64,000 bases of DNA from Eledone cirrhosa (taxonomy: Eukaryota). Below the pieces are notes generated by a model that had not been told where the DNA came from, searched no databases, and was given only the letters and a program-made list of their open reading frames with translations. Shown piece by piece: positions 27,001 to 41,000 of this stretch (the first letter of the stretch is position 1; each line of letters opens with the position of its first letter). The stretch lies in NCBI GenBank assembly GCA_964016885.1, contig OZ024744.1, positions 3,100,001 to 3,164,000 on the forward strand, read 5' to 3'. The position numbers were made by a program, and so were the translations under genes.

Positions 27001-30000
27001 GACAAGGTAGAGAAAGATAGCTTGGTGAAGAACGAAGTTTTGGGGAAGACAATGTAGAGAAAGATAGCTTGGTGAAGAACGAAGTTTTGGGGGAAGACAA
27101 GGTAGAGAAAGATAGCTTGGTGAAGAACGAAGTTTTGGGAGAAGACAAGGTAGAGAAAGATAGTTGGTGAAGAACGAAGTTTTGAAGGAAGACAAGGCAG
27201 AGAAAGATAGCTTGGTGAAGAACGAAGTTTTGAGGGAAGACAAGGTAGAGAAAGATAGCTTGGTGAAGAACGACGTTTTGTGGGAAGACAAGGTAGAGAA
27301 ACATAGCTTGGTGAAGAACGAAGTTTTGGGGGAAGACAAGGTAGAGAAAGATAGCTTGGTGAAGAACGAAGTTTTGGGGGAAGACAAGGTAGAGAAAGAT
27401 AGCTTGGTGAAGAACGAAGTTTTGAGGGAAGACAAGGTAGAGAAAGATAGGTTGGTGAATAACGAAGTTTTGGGAGAAGACAAGGTGGAGAAAGATAGCT
27501 TGGTGAAGAACGAAGTTTTGACGGAAGACAAAGTAGAGAAAGATAGCTTGGTGAAGAACGACGTTTTGTGGGAAGACAAGGTAGAGAAAGATAGCTTGGT
27601 GAAGAACGAAGTTTTGGGGGAAGACAAGGTAGAGAAAGATAGCTTGGTGAAGAACGAAGTTTTGAGGGGCGACAAAGTAGAGAAAGATAGCTTGGTGAAG
27701 AACGAAGTTTTGGGGGAAGACAAGGTAGAGAAAGATAGCTTGATGAAGAAAGAAGTTTTGGGGGAAGACAAGGTAGAGAAAGATAGCTTGGTGAAGAACG
27801 AAGTTTTGAGGGAAGACAAGGTAGAGAAAGATAGCTTGGTGAAGAACGAAGTTTTGGGGGAAGACAAGGTAGAGAAAGATAGCTTGGTGAAGAACGAAGT
27901 TTTGTGGGAATACAAGGTAGAGAAAGATAGCTTGTTGAAGAACGACGTTTTGAGGGAAGACAAGGTAGAGAAAGATAGCTTGGTGAAGAACGAAGTTTTG
28001 GGGGAAGACAAGGTAGAGAAAGATAGCTTGGTGAAGAACGAAGTTTTGAGGGAAGACAAGGTAGAGAAAGATAGCTTGGTGAAGAACGAAGTTTTGGGGG
28101 AAGACAAGGTAGAGAAAGATAGCTTGGTGAAGAACGAAGTTTTGGGGGAAGACAAGGTAGAGAACGATAGCTTGGTGAAGAACGAAGTTTTGAGGGAAGA
28201 CAAGGTAGAGAAAGATAGCTTGGTGAAGAACGATGTTTTGGGGGAAGACAAGGTAGAAAAAGATAGCTTGGTGAAGAACAACGTTTTGGGGGAAGACAAT
28301 GTAGAGAAAGATAGCTTGGTGAATAACGAAGTTTTGGGAGAAGACAAGGTCGAGAAAGATAGCTTGGTGAAGAACGAAATGTTGAGGGAAGACAAGGTAG
28401 AGAAAGATAGCTTGGTGAAGAACGACGTTTTGGTGGAAGACAAGGTAGAGAAAGATAGCTTGGTGAAGAACGATATTTTGGGGAAGACAATGTAGAGAAA
28501 GATAGCTTGGTGAAGAACGAAGTTTTGGGGGAAGACAAGGTAGAGAAAGATAGTTTGGTGAAGAACGAAGTTTTGAGGGAAGACAAGGTAGAGAAAGATA
28601 GCTTGGTGAATAACGAAGTTTTGGGAGAAGACAAGGTAGAGAAAGATAGTTGGTGAAGAACGAAGTTTTGAGGGAAGACAAGGTAGAGAAAGATAGCTTG
28701 GTGAAGAACGACGTTTTGAGGGAAGACAAGGTAGATAAAGATAGCTTGGTGAAGAACGACGTTTTGTGGGAAGACAAGGTAGAGAAAGATAGCTTGGTGA
28801 AGAACGAAGTTTTGGGGGAAGACAAGGTAGAGAAAGATAGCTTGGTGAATAACGAAGTTTTGGGGAAGACAATGTAGAGAAAGATAGCTTGGTGAAGAAC
28901 GAAGTTTTGGGGGAAGACAAGGTAGAGAAAGATAGCTTGGTGAAGAACGAAGTTTTGAGGGAAGACAGGATAGAGAAAGATAGCTTGGTGAATAACGAAG
29001 TTTTGGGAGAAGACAAGGTAGAGAAAGATAGCTTGGTGAAGAACGAAGTTTTGGGGGAAGACAAGGTAGAGAAAGATAGTTTGGTGAAGAACGAAGTTTT
29101 GAGGGAAGACAAGGTAGAGAAAGATAGCTTGGTGGATAACGAAGTTTTGGGAGAAGACAAGGTAGAGAAAGATAGTTGGTGAAGAACGAAGTTTTGAGGG
29201 AAGACAAGGTAGAGAAAGATAGCTTGGTGAAGAACGACGTTTTGAGGGAAGACAAGGTAGATAAAGATAGCTTGGTGAAGAACGACGTTTTGTGGGAAGA
29301 CAAGGTAGAGAAAGATAGCTTGGTGAAGAACGAAGTTTTGGGGGAAGACAAGGTAGAGAAAGATAGCTTGGTGAATAACGAAGTTTTGGGGAAGACAATG
29401 TAGAGAAAGATAGCTTGGTGAAGAACGAAGTTTTGGGGGAAGACAAGGTAGAGAAAGATAGCTTGGTGAAGAACGAAGTTTTGAGGGAAGACAAGGTAGA
29501 GAAAGATAGCTTGGTGAAGAACGACGTTTTGAGGGAAGACAAGGTAGATAAAGATAGCTTGGTGAAGAACGACGTTTTGTGGGAAGACAAGGTAGAGAAA
29601 GATAGCTTGGTGAAGAACGAAGTTTTGGGGGAAGACAAGGTAGAGAAAGATAGCTTGGTGAATAACGAAGTTTTGGGGAAGACAATGTAGAGAAAGATAG
29701 CTTGGTGAAGAACGAAGTTTTGGGGGAAGACAAGGTAGAGAAAGATAGCTTGGTGAAGAACGAAGTTTTGAGGGAAGACAGGATAGAGAAAGATAGCTTG
29801 GTGAATAACGAAGTTTTGGGAGGAGACAAGGTAGAGAAAGATAGCTTGGTGAAGAACGACGTTTTGAGGGAAGACAAGGTAGAGAAAGATAGCTTGGTGA
29901 AGAACGAAGTTTTGGGGAAGACAATGTAGAGAAAGATAGCTTGGTGAAGAACGAAGTTTTGGGGGAAGACAAGGTAGAGAAAGATAGCTTGGTGAAGAAC

Positions 30001-32046
30001 GAAGTTTTGGGAGAAGACAAGGTAGAGAAAGATAGTTGGTGAAGAACGAAGTTTTGAAGGAAGACAAGGCAGAGAAAGATAGCTTGGTGAAGAACGAAGT
30101 TTTGAGGGAAGACAAGGTAGAGAAACATAGCTTGGTGAAGAACGAAGTTTTGGGGGAAGACAAGGTAGAGAAAGATAGCTTGGTGAAGAACGAAGTTTTG
30201 GGGGAAGACAAGGTAGAGAAAGATAGCTTGGTGAAGAACGAAGTTTTGAGGGAAGACAAGGTAGAGAAAGATAGGTTGGTGAATAACGAAGTTTTGGGAG
30301 AAGACAAGGTGGAGAAAGATAGCTTGGTGAAGAACGAAGTTTTGACGGAAGACAAAGTAGAGAAAGATAGCTTGGTGAAGAACGACGTTTTGTGGGAAGA
30401 CAAGGTAGAGAAAGATAGCCTGGTGAAGAACGAAGTTTTGGGGGAAGACAAGGTAGAGAAAGATAGCTTGGTGAAGAACGAAGTTTTGAGGGGCGACAAA
30501 GTAGAGAAAGATAGCTTGGTGAAGAACGAAGTTTTGGGGGAAGACAAGGTAGAGAAAGATAGCTTGATGAAGAAAGAAGTTTTGGGGGAAGACAAGGTAG
30601 AGAAAGATAGCTTGGTGAAGAACGAAGTTTTGAGGGAAGACAAGGTAGAGAAAGATAGCTTGGTGAAGAACGAAGTTTTGGGGGAAGACAAGGTAGAGAA
30701 AGATAGCTTGGTGAAGAACGAAGTTTTGTGGGAATACAAGGTAGAGAAAGATAGCTTGTTGAAGAACGACGTTTTGAGGGAAGACAAGGTAGAGAAAGAT
30801 AGCTTGGTGAAGAACGAAGTTTTGGGGGAAGACAAGGTAGAGAAAGATAGCTTGGTGAAGAACGAAGTTTTGAGGGAAGACAAGGTAGAGAAAGATAGCT
30901 TGGTGAAGAACGAAGTTTTGGGGGAAGACAAGGTAGAGAAAGATAGCTTGGTGAAGAACGAAGTTTTGGGGGAAGACAAGGTAGAGAACGATAGCTTGGT
31001 GAAGAACGAAGTTTTGAGGGAAGACAAGGTAGAGAAAGATAGCTTGGTGAAGAACGATGTTTTGGGGGAAGACAAGGTAGAAAAAGATAGCTTGGTGAAG
31101 AACAACGTTTTGGGGGAAGACAATGTAGAGAAAGATAGCTTGGTGAATAACGAAGTTTTGGGAGAAGACAAGGTCGAGAAAGATAGCTTGGTGAAGAACG
31201 AAATGTTGAGGGAAGACAAGGTAGAGAAAGATAGCTTGGTGAAGAACGACGTTTTGGTGGAAGACAAGGTAGAGAAAGATAGCTTGGTGAAGAACGATAT
31301 TTTGGGGAAGACAATGTAGAGAAAGATAGCTTGGTGAAGAACGAAGTTTTGGGGGAAGACAAGGTAGAGAAAGATAGTTTGGTGAAGAACGAAGTTTTGA
31401 GGGAAGACAAGGTAGAGAAAGATAGCTTGGTGAATAACGAAGTTTTGGGAGAAGACAAGGTAGAGAAAGATAGTTGGTGAAGAACGAAGTTTTGAGGGAA
31501 GACAAGGTAGAGAAAGATAGCTTGGTGAAGAACGACGTTTTGAGGGAAGACAAGGTAGATAAAGATAGCTTGGTGAAGAACGACGTTTTGTGGGAAGACA
31601 AGGTAGAGAAAGATAGCTTGGTGAAGAACGAAGTTTTGGGGGAAGACAAGGTAGAGAAAGATAGCTTGGTGAATAACGAAGTTTTGGGGAAGACAATGTA
31701 GAGAAAGATAGCTTGGTGAAGAACGAAGTTTTGGGGGAAGACAAGGTAGAGAAAGATAGCTTGGTGAAGAACGAAGTTTTGAGGGAAGACAGGATAGAGA
31801 AAGATAGCTTGGTGAATAACGAAGTTTTGGGAGAAGACAAGGTAGAGAAAGATAGCTTGGTGAAGAACGACGTTTTGAGGGAAGACAAGGTAGAGAAAGA
31901 TAGCTTGGTGAAGAACGAAGTTTTGGGGAAGACAATGTAGAGAAAGATAGCTTGGTGAAGAACGAAGTTTTGGGGGAAGACAAGGTAGAGAAAGATAGCT
32001 TGGTGAAGAACGAAGTTTTGGGAGAAGACAAGGTAGAGAAAGATAG
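24091..32046 (+). repeat. HOR zone B: shortened ~42-49-monomer higher-order repeat lacking the GTGTAG/GACTAG block
   Basis: AAGGCA marker blocks start at 24818, 27164, 30036 and 32047, with spacings 2346 (49x48-6), 2872 and 2011 (42x48-5). No CTAG marker lies between 22555 and 33275. The same hybrid block also occurs at 14997 and 19885. Confidence 0.8.
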
Positions 32047-35000
32047 TTGGTGAAGAACGAAGTTTTGAAGGAAGACAAGGCAGAGAAAGATAGCTTGGTG
32101 AAGAACGAAGTTTTGAGGGAAGACAAGGTAGAGAAAGATAGCTTGGTGAAGAACGACGTTTTGTGGGAAGACAAGGTAGAGAAACATAGCTTGGTGAAGA
32201 ACGAAGTTTTGGGGGAAGACAAGGTAGAGAAAGATAGCTTGGTGAAGAACGAAGTTTTGGGGGAAGACAAGGTAGAGAAAGATAGCTTGGTGAAGAACGA
32301 AGTTTTGAGGGAAGACAAGGTAGAGAAAGATAGGTTGGTGAATAACGAAGTTTTGGGAGAAGACAAGGTGGAGAAAGATAGCTTGGTGAAGAACGAAGTT
32401 TTGAGGGAAGACAAAGTAGAGAAAGATAGCTTGGTGAAGAACGACGTTTTGTGGGAAGACAAGGTAGAGAAAGATAGCTTGGTGAAGAACGAAGTTTTGG
32501 GGGAAGACAAGGTAGAGAAAGATAGCTTGGTGAAGAACGAAGTTATGAGGGGCGACAAAGTAGAGAAAGATAGCTTGGTGAAGAACGAAGTTTTGGGGGA
32601 AGACAAGGTAGAGAAAGATAGCTTGATGAAGAAAGAAGTTTTGGGGGAAGACAAGGTAGAGAAAGATAGCTTGGTGAAGAACGAAGTTTTGAGGGAAGAC
32701 AAGGTAGAGAAAGATAGCTTGGTGAAGAACGAAGTTTTGGGGGAAGACAAGGTAGAGAAAGATAGCTTGGTGAAGAACGACGTTTTGAGGGAAGACAAGG
32801 TAGAGAAAGATAGCTTGGTGAAGAACGAAGTTTTGGGGGAAGACAAGGTAGAGAAAGATAGCTTGGTGAAGAACGAAGTTTTGAGGGAAGACAAGGTAGA
32901 GAAAGATAGCTTGGTGAAGAACGAAGTTTTGGGGGAAGACAAGGTAGAGAAAGATAGCTTGGTGAAGAACGAAGTTTTGGGGGAAGACAAGGTAGAGAAC
33001 GATAGCTTGGTGAAGAACGAAGTTTTGAGGGAAGACAAGGTAGAGAAAGATAGCTTGGTGACGAAGGAAGTTTTGAGGGAAGTCAAGGTAGAGACAGATA
33101 GCTTGGTGAAGAACGACGTTTTGAGGGAAGACAAGGTAGAGAAAGATAGCTTGGTGAAGAACGACGTTTTGGGGGAAGAAAAGGTAGAGAAGGATAGCTT
33201 GGTGAAGAACAAAGTTTTGGGGGAAAACAAGGTAGAGAAAGATAGCTTGGTGAAGAACGAAGTATTGAGGGAATACTAGGTAGAGATAGATAGCTTGGTG
33301 AAGAACGAAATTTTGAGGGAAGACAAGGTAGAGAAAGATAGCTTGGTGAAGAACGAAGTTTTGAGGGAAGACAAGGTAGAGAAAGATAGCTTGGTGAAGA
33401 ACGACGTTTTGGGGGAAGACAAGGTAGAAAAAGATAGCTTGGTGAAGAACAACGTTTTGGGGGAAGACAAGGTAGAGAAAGATAGCTTGGTGAAGAACGA
33501 CGTTTTGTGGGAAGACAAGGTAGAGAAAGATAGCTTGGTGAAGAACGAAGTTTTGGGGGAAGACAAGGTAGAGAAAGATAGCTTGGTGAAGAAGGAAGTT
33601 TTGGGGAAGACAATGTAGAGAAAGATAGCTTGGTGCAGAACGAAGTTTTGGGGGAAGACAAGGTAGAGAAAGATAGCTTGGTGAAGAACGAAGTTTTGAG
33701 GGAAGACAGGATAGAGAAAGATAGCTTGGTGAATAACGAAGGTTTGGGAGAAGACAAGGTAGAGAAAGATAGCTTGGTGAAGAACGAAATTTTGAGGGAA
33801 GACAAGGTAGAGAAAGATAGCTTGGTGAAGAACGACGTTTTGGTGGAAGACAAGGTAAAGAAAGATAGCTTGGTGAGGAACGATATTTTGGGGAAGACAA
33901 TGTAGAGAAAGATAGCTTGGTGAAGAACGAAGTTTTGGGGGAAGACAAGGTAGAGAAAGATAGCTTGGTGAATAACCAAGTTTTGGGGAAGACAATGTAG
34001 AGAAAGATAGCTTGGTGAAGAACGAAGTTTTGGGGGAAGACAAGGTAGAGAAAGATAGCTTGGTGAAGAACGAAGTTTTGAGGGAAGACAGGATAGAGAA
34101 AGATAGCTTGGTGAATAACGAAGTTTTGGGAGAAGACAAGGTAGAGAAAGATAGCTTGGTGAAGAACGACGTTTTGAGGGAAGACAAGGTAGAGAAAGAT
34201 AGCTTGGTGAAGAACGAAGTTTTGGGGAAGACAATGTAGAGAAAGATAGCTTGGTGAAGAACGAAGTTTTGGGGGAAGACAAGGTAGAGAAAGATAGCTT
34301 GGTGAAGAACGAAGTTTTGGGAGAAGACAAGGTAGAGAAAGATAGTTGGTGAAGAACGAAGTTTTGAAGGAAGACAAGGCAGAGAAAGATAGCTTGGTGA
34401 AGAACGAAGTTTTGAGGGAAGACAAGGTAGAGAAAGATAGCTTGGTGAAGAACGACGTTTTGTGGGAAGACAAGGTAGAGAAACATAGCTTGGTGAAGAA
34501 CGAAGTTTTGGGGGAAGACAAGGTAGAGAAAGATAGCTTGGTGAAGAACGAAGTTTTGGGGGAAGACAAGGTAGAGAAAGATAGCTTGGTGAAGAACGAA
34601 GTTTTGAGGGAAGACAAGGTAGAGAAAGATAGGTTGGTGAATAACGAAGTTTTGGGAGAAGACAAGGTGGAGAAAGATAGCTTGGTGAAGAACGAAGTTT
34701 TGAGGGAAGACAAAGTAGAGAAAGATAGCTTGGTGAAGAACGACGTTTTGTGGGAAGACAAGGTAGAGAAAGATAGCTTGGTGAAGAACGAAGTTTTGGG
34801 GGAAGACAAGGTAGAGAAAGATAGCTTGGTGAAGAACGAAGTTTTGAGGGGCGACAAAGTAGAGAAAGATAGCTTGGTGAAGAACGAAGTTTTGGGGGAA
34901 GACAAGGTAGAGAAAGATAGCTTGATGAAGAAAGAAGTTTTGGGGGAAGACAAGGTAGAGAAAGATAGCTTGGTGAAGAACGAAGTTTTGAGGGAAGACA

Positions 35001-38000
35001 AGGTAGAGAAAGATAGCTTGGTGAAGAACGAAGTTTTGGGGGAAGACAAGGTAGAGAAAGATAGCTTGGTGAAGAACGACGTTTTGAGGGAAGACAAGGT
35101 AGAGAAAGATAGCTTGGTGAAGAACGAAGTTTTGGGGGAAGACAAGGTAGAGAAAGATAGCTTGGTGAAGAACGAAGTTTTGAGGGAAGACAAGGTAGAG
35201 AAAGATAGCTTGGTGAAGAACGAAGTTTTGGGGGAAGACAAGGTAGAGAAAGATAGCTTGGTGAAGAACGAAGTTTTGGGGGAAGACAAGGTAGAGAACG
35301 ATAGCTTGGTGAAGAACGAAGTTTTGAGGGAAGACAAGGTAGAGAAAGATAGCTTGGTGACGAAGGAAGTTTTGAGGGAAGTCAAGGTAGAGACAGATAG
35401 CTTGGTGAAGAACGACGTTTTGAGGGAAGACAAGGTAGAGAAAGATAGCTTGGTGAAGAACGACGTTTTGGGGGAAGAAAAGGTAGAGAAGGATAGCTTG
35501 GTGAAGAACAAAGTTTTGGGGGAAAACAAGGTAGAGAAAGATAGCTTGGTGAAGAACGAAGTATTGAGGGAATACTAGGTAGAGATAGATAGCTTGGTGA
35601 AGAACGAAGTTTTGAGGGAAGACAAGGTAGAGAAAGATAGCTTGGTGAAGAACGAAGTTTTGAGGGAAGACAAGGTAGAGAAAGATAGCTTGGTGAAGAA
35701 CGACGTTTTGGGGGAAGACAAGGTAGAAAAAGATAGCTTGGTGAAGAACAACGTTTTGGGGGAAGACAAGGTAGAGAAAGATAGCTTGGTGAAGAACGAC
35801 GTTTTGTGGGAAGACAAGGTAGAGAAAGATAGCTTGGTGAAGAACGAAGTTTTGGGGGAAGACAAGGTAGAGAAAGATAGCTTGGTGAAGAACGAAGTTT
35901 TGGGAGAAGACAAGGTAGAGAAAGATAGTTGGTGAAGAACGAAGTTTTGAAGGAAGACAAGGCAGAGAAAGATAGCTTGGTGAAGAACGAAGTTTTGAGG
36001 GAAGACAAGGTAGAGAAAGATAGCTTGGTGAAGAACGACGTTTTGTGGGAAGACAAGGTAGAGAAACATAGCTTGGTGAAGAACGAAGTTTTGGGGGAAG
36101 ACAAGGTAGAGAAAGATAGCTTGGTGAAGAACGAAGTTTTGGGGGAAGACAAGGTAGAGAAAGATAGCTTGGTGAAGAACGAAGTTTTGGGGGAAGACAA
36201 GGTAGAGAAAGATAGCTTGGTGAAGAACGAAGTTTTGGGAGAAGACAAGGTAGAGAAAGATAGTTGGTGAAGAACGAAGTTTTGAAGGAAGACAAGGCAG
36301 AGAAAGATAGCTTGGTGAAGAACGAAGTTTTGAGGGAAGACAAGGTAGAGAAAGATAGCTTGGTGAAGAACGACGTTTTGTGGGAAGACAAGGTAGAGAA
36401 ACATAGCTTGGTGAAGAACGAAGTTTTGGGGGAAGACAAGGTAGAGAAAGATAGCTTGGTGAAGAACGAAGTTTTGGGGGAAGACAAGGTAGAGAAAGAT
36501 AGCTTGGTGAAGAACGAAGTTTTGAGGGAAGACAAGGTAGAGAAAGATAGGTTGGTGAATAACGAAGTTTTGGGAGAAGACAAGGTGGAGAAAGATAGCT
36601 TGGTGAAGAACGAAGTTTTGAGGGAAGACAAAGTAGAGAAAGATAGCTTGGTGAAGAACGACGTTTTGTGGGAAGACAAGGTAGAGAAAGATAGCTTGGT
36701 GAAGAACGAAGTTTTGGGGGAAGACAAGGTAGAGAAAGATAGCTTGGTGAAGAACGAAGTTATGAGGGGCGACAAAGTAGAGAAAGATAGCTTGGTGAAG
36801 AACGAAGTTTTGGGGGAAGACAAGGTAGAGAAAGATAGCTTGATGAAGAAAGAAGTTTTGGGGGAAGACAAGGTAGAGAAAGATAGCTTGGTGAAGAACG
36901 AAGTTTTGAGGGAAGACAAGGTAGAGAAAGATAGCTTGGTGAAGAACGAAGTTTTGGGGGAAGACAAGGTAGAGAAAGATAGCTTGGTGAAGAACGACGT
37001 TTTGAGGGAAGACAAGGTAGAGAAAGATAGCTTGGTGAAGAACGAAGTTTTGGGGGAAGACAAGGTAGAGAAAGATAGCTTGGTGAAGAACGAAGTTTTG
37101 AGGGAAGACAAGGTAGAGAAAGATAGCTTGGTGAAGAACGAAGTTTTGGGGGAAGACAAGGTAGAGAAAGATAGCTTGGTGAAGAACGAAGTTTTGGGGG
37201 AAGACAAGGTAGAGAACGATAGCTTGGTGAAGAACGAAGTTTTGAGGGAAGACAAGGTAGAGAAAGATAGCTTGGTGACGAAGGAAGTTTTGAGGGAAGT
37301 CAAGGTAGAGACAGATAGCTTGGTGAAGAACGACGTTTTGAGGGAAGACAAGGTAGAGAAAGATAGCTTGGTGAAGAACGACGTTTTGGGGGAAGAAAAG
37401 GTAGAGAAGGATAGCTTGGTGAAGAACAAAGTTTTGGGGGAAAACAAGGTAGAGAAAGATAGCTTGGTGAAGAACGAAGTATTGAGGGAATACTAGGTAG
37501 AGATAGATAGCTTGGTGAAGAACGAAGTTTTGAGGGAAGACAAGGTAGAGAAAGATAGCTTGGTGAAGAACGAAGTTTTGAGGGAAGACAAGGTAGAGAA
37601 AGATAGCTTGGTGAAGAACGACGTTTTGGGGGAAGACAAGGTAGAAAAAGATAGCTTGGTGAAGAACAACGTTTTGGGGGAAGACAAGGTAGAGAAAGAT
37701 AGCTTGGTGAAGAACGACGTTTTGTGGGAAGACAAGGTAGAGAAAGATAGCTTGGTGAAGAACGAAGTTTTGGGGGAAGACAAGGTAGAGAAAGATAGCT
37801 TGGTGAAGAAGGAAGTTTTGGGGAAGACAATGTAGAGAAAGATAGCTTGGTGAAGAACGAAGTTTTGGGGGAAGACAAGGTAGAGAAAGATAGCTTGGTG
37901 AAGAACGAAGTTTTGAGGGAAGACAGGATAGAGAAAGATAGCTTGGTGAATAACGAAGGTTTGGGAGAAGACAAGGTAGAGAAAGATAGCTTGGTGAAGA

Positions 38001-41000
38001 ACGAAATTTTGAGGGAAGACAAGGTAGAGAAAGATAGCTTGGTGAAGAACGACGTTTTGGTGGAAGACAAGGTAAAGAAAGATAGCTTGGTGAGGAACGA
38101 TATTTTGGGGAAGACAATGTAGAGAAAGATAGCTTGGTGAAGAACGAAGTTTTGGGGGAAGACAAGGTAGAGAAAGATAGCTTGGTGAATAACCAAGTTT
38201 TGGGGAAGACAATGTAGAGAAAGATAGCTTGGTGAAGAACGAAGTTTTGGGGGAAGACAAGGTAGAGAAAGATAGCTTGGTGAAGAACGAAGTTTTGAGG
38301 GAAGACAGGATAGAGAAAGATAGCTTGGTGAATAACGAAGTTTTGGGAGAAGACAAGGTAGAGAAAGATAGCTTGGTGAAGAACGACGTTTTGAGGGAAG
38401 ACAAGGTAGAGAAAGATAGCTTGGTGAAGAACGAAGTTTTGGGGAAGACAATGTAGAGAAAGATAGCTTGGTGAAGAACGAAGTTTTGGGGGAAGAAAAG
38501 GTAGAGAAAGATAGCTTGGTGAAGAACGAAGTTTTGGGAGAAGACAAGGTAGAGAAAGACAGTTGGTGAAGAACGAAGTTTTGAAGGAAGACAAGGCAGA
38601 GAAAGATAGCTTGGTGAAGAACGAAGTTTTGAGGGAAGACAAGGTAGAGAAAGATAGCTTGGTGAAGAACGACGTTTTGTGGGAAGACAAGGTAGAGAAA
38701 CATAGCTTGGTGAAGAACGAAGTTTTGGGGGAAGACAAGGTAGAGAAAGATAGCTTGGTGAAGAACGAAGTTTTGGGGGAAGACAAGGTAGAGAAAGATA
38801 GCTTGGTGAAGAACGAAGTTTTGAGGGAAGACAAGGTAGAGAAAGATAGGTTGGTGAATAACGAAGTTTTGGGAGAAGACAAGGTGGAGAAAGATAGCTT
38901 GGTGAAGAACGAAGTTTTGAGGGGAGACAAAGTAGAGAAAGATAGCTTGGTGAAGAACGACGTTTTGTGGGAAGACAAGGTAGAGAAAGATAGCTTGGTG
39001 AAGAACGAAGTTTTGGGGGAAGACAAGGTAGAGAAAGATAGCTTGGTGAAGAACGAAGTTTTGAGGGGCGACAAAGTAGAGAAAGATAGCTTGGTGAAGA
39101 ACGAAGTTTTGGGGGAAGACAAGGTAGAGAAAGATAGCTTGATGAAGAAAGAAGTTTTGGGGGAAGACAAGGTAGAGAAAGATAGCTTGGTGAAGAACGA
39201 AGTTTTGAGGGAAGACAAGGTAGAGAAAGATAGCTTGGTGAAGAACGAAGTTTTGGGGGAAGACAAGGTAGAGAAAGATAGCTTGGTGAAGAACGACGTT
39301 TTGAGGGAAGACAAGGTAGAGAAAGATAGCTTGGTGAAGAACGAAGTTTTGGGGGAAGACAAGGTAGAGAAAGATAGCTTGGTGAAGAACGAAGTTTTGA
39401 GGGAAGACAAGGTAGAGAAAGATAGCTTGGTGAAGAACGAAGTTTTGGGGGAAGACAAGGTAGAGAAAGATAGCTTGGTGAAGAACGAAGTTTTGGGGGA
39501 AGACAAGGTAGAGAACGATAGCTTGGTGAAGAACGAAGTTTTGAGGGAAGACAAGGTAGAGAAAGATAGCTTGGTGACGAAGGAAGTTTTGAGGGAAGTC
39601 AAGGTAGAGACAGATAGCTTGGTGAAGAACGACGTTTTGAGGGAAGACAAGGTAGAGAAAGATAGCTTGGTGAAGAACGACGTTTTGGGGGAAGAAAAGG
39701 TAGAGAAGGATAGCTTGGTGAAGAACAAAGTTTTGGGGGAAAACAAGGTAGAGAAAGATAGCTTGGTGAAGAACGAAGTATTGAGGGAATACTAGGTAGA
39801 GATAGATAGCTTGGTGAAGAACGAAGTTTTGAGGGAAGACAAGGTAGAGAAAGATAGCTTGGTGAAGAACGAAGTTTTGAGGGAAGACAAGGTAGAGAAA
39901 GATAGCTTGGTGAAGAACGACGTTTTGGGGGAAGACAAGGTAGAAAAAGATAGCTTGGTGAAGAACAACGTTTTGGGGGAAGACAAGGTAGAGAAAGATA
40001 GCTTGGTGAAGAACGACGTTTTGTGGGAAGACAAGGTAGAGAAAGATAGCTTGGTGAAGAACGAAGTTTTGGGAGAAGACAAGGTAGAGAAAGATAGTTG
40101 GTGAAGAACGAAGTTTTGAAGGAAGACAAGGCAGAGAAAGATAGCTTGGTGAAGAACGAAGTTTTGAGGGAAGACAAGGTAGAGAAAGATAGCTTGGTGA
40201 AGAACGACGTTTTGTGGGAAGACAAGGTAGAGAAACATAGCTTGGTGAAGAACGAAGTTTTGGGGGAAGACAAGGTAGAGAAAGATAGCTTGGTGAAGAA
40301 CGAAGTTTTGGGGGAAGACAAGGTAGAGAAAGATAGCTTGGTGAAGAACGAAGTTTTGAGGGAAGACAAGGTAGAGAAAGATAGGTTGGTGAATAACGAA
40401 GTTTTGGGAGAAGACAAGGTGGAGAAAGATAGCTTGGTGAAGAACGAAGTTTTGAGGGAAGACAAAGTAGAGAAAGATAGCTTGGTGAAGAACGACGTTT
40501 TGTGGGAAGACAAGGTAGAGAAAGATAGCTTGGTGAAGAACGAAGTGTTGGGGGAAGACAAGGTAGAGAAAGATAGCTTGGTGAAGAACGAAGTTTTGAG
40601 TGGCGACAAAGTAGAGAAAGATAGCTTGGTGAAGAACGAAGTTTTGGGGGAAGACAAGGTAGAGAAAGATAGCTTGATGAAGAAAGAAGTTTTGGGGGAA
40701 GACAAGGTAGAGAAAGATAGCTTGGTGAAGAACGAAGTTTTGAGGGAAGACAAGGTAGAGAAAGATAGCTTGGTGAAGAACGACGTTTTGGGGGAAGACA
40801 AGGTAGAGAAAGATAGCTTGGTGAAGAACGACGTTTTGAGGGAAGACAAGGTAGAGAAAGATAGCTTGGTGAAGAACGAAGTTTTGGGGGAAGACAAGGT
40901 AGAGAAAGATAGCTTGGTGAAGAACGAAGTTTTGAGGGAAGACAAGGTAGAGAAAGATAGCTTGGTGAAGAACGAAGTTTTGGGGGAAGACAAGGTAGAG

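Noticed and set aside
6785-31888. Giant minus-strand ORFs (up to 8367 aa) as giant proteins
   Set aside because: They overlap each other in all three frames and switch among three unrelated peptides at each 1-bp deletion. They exist only because the consensus lacks TTA, CTA and TCA.
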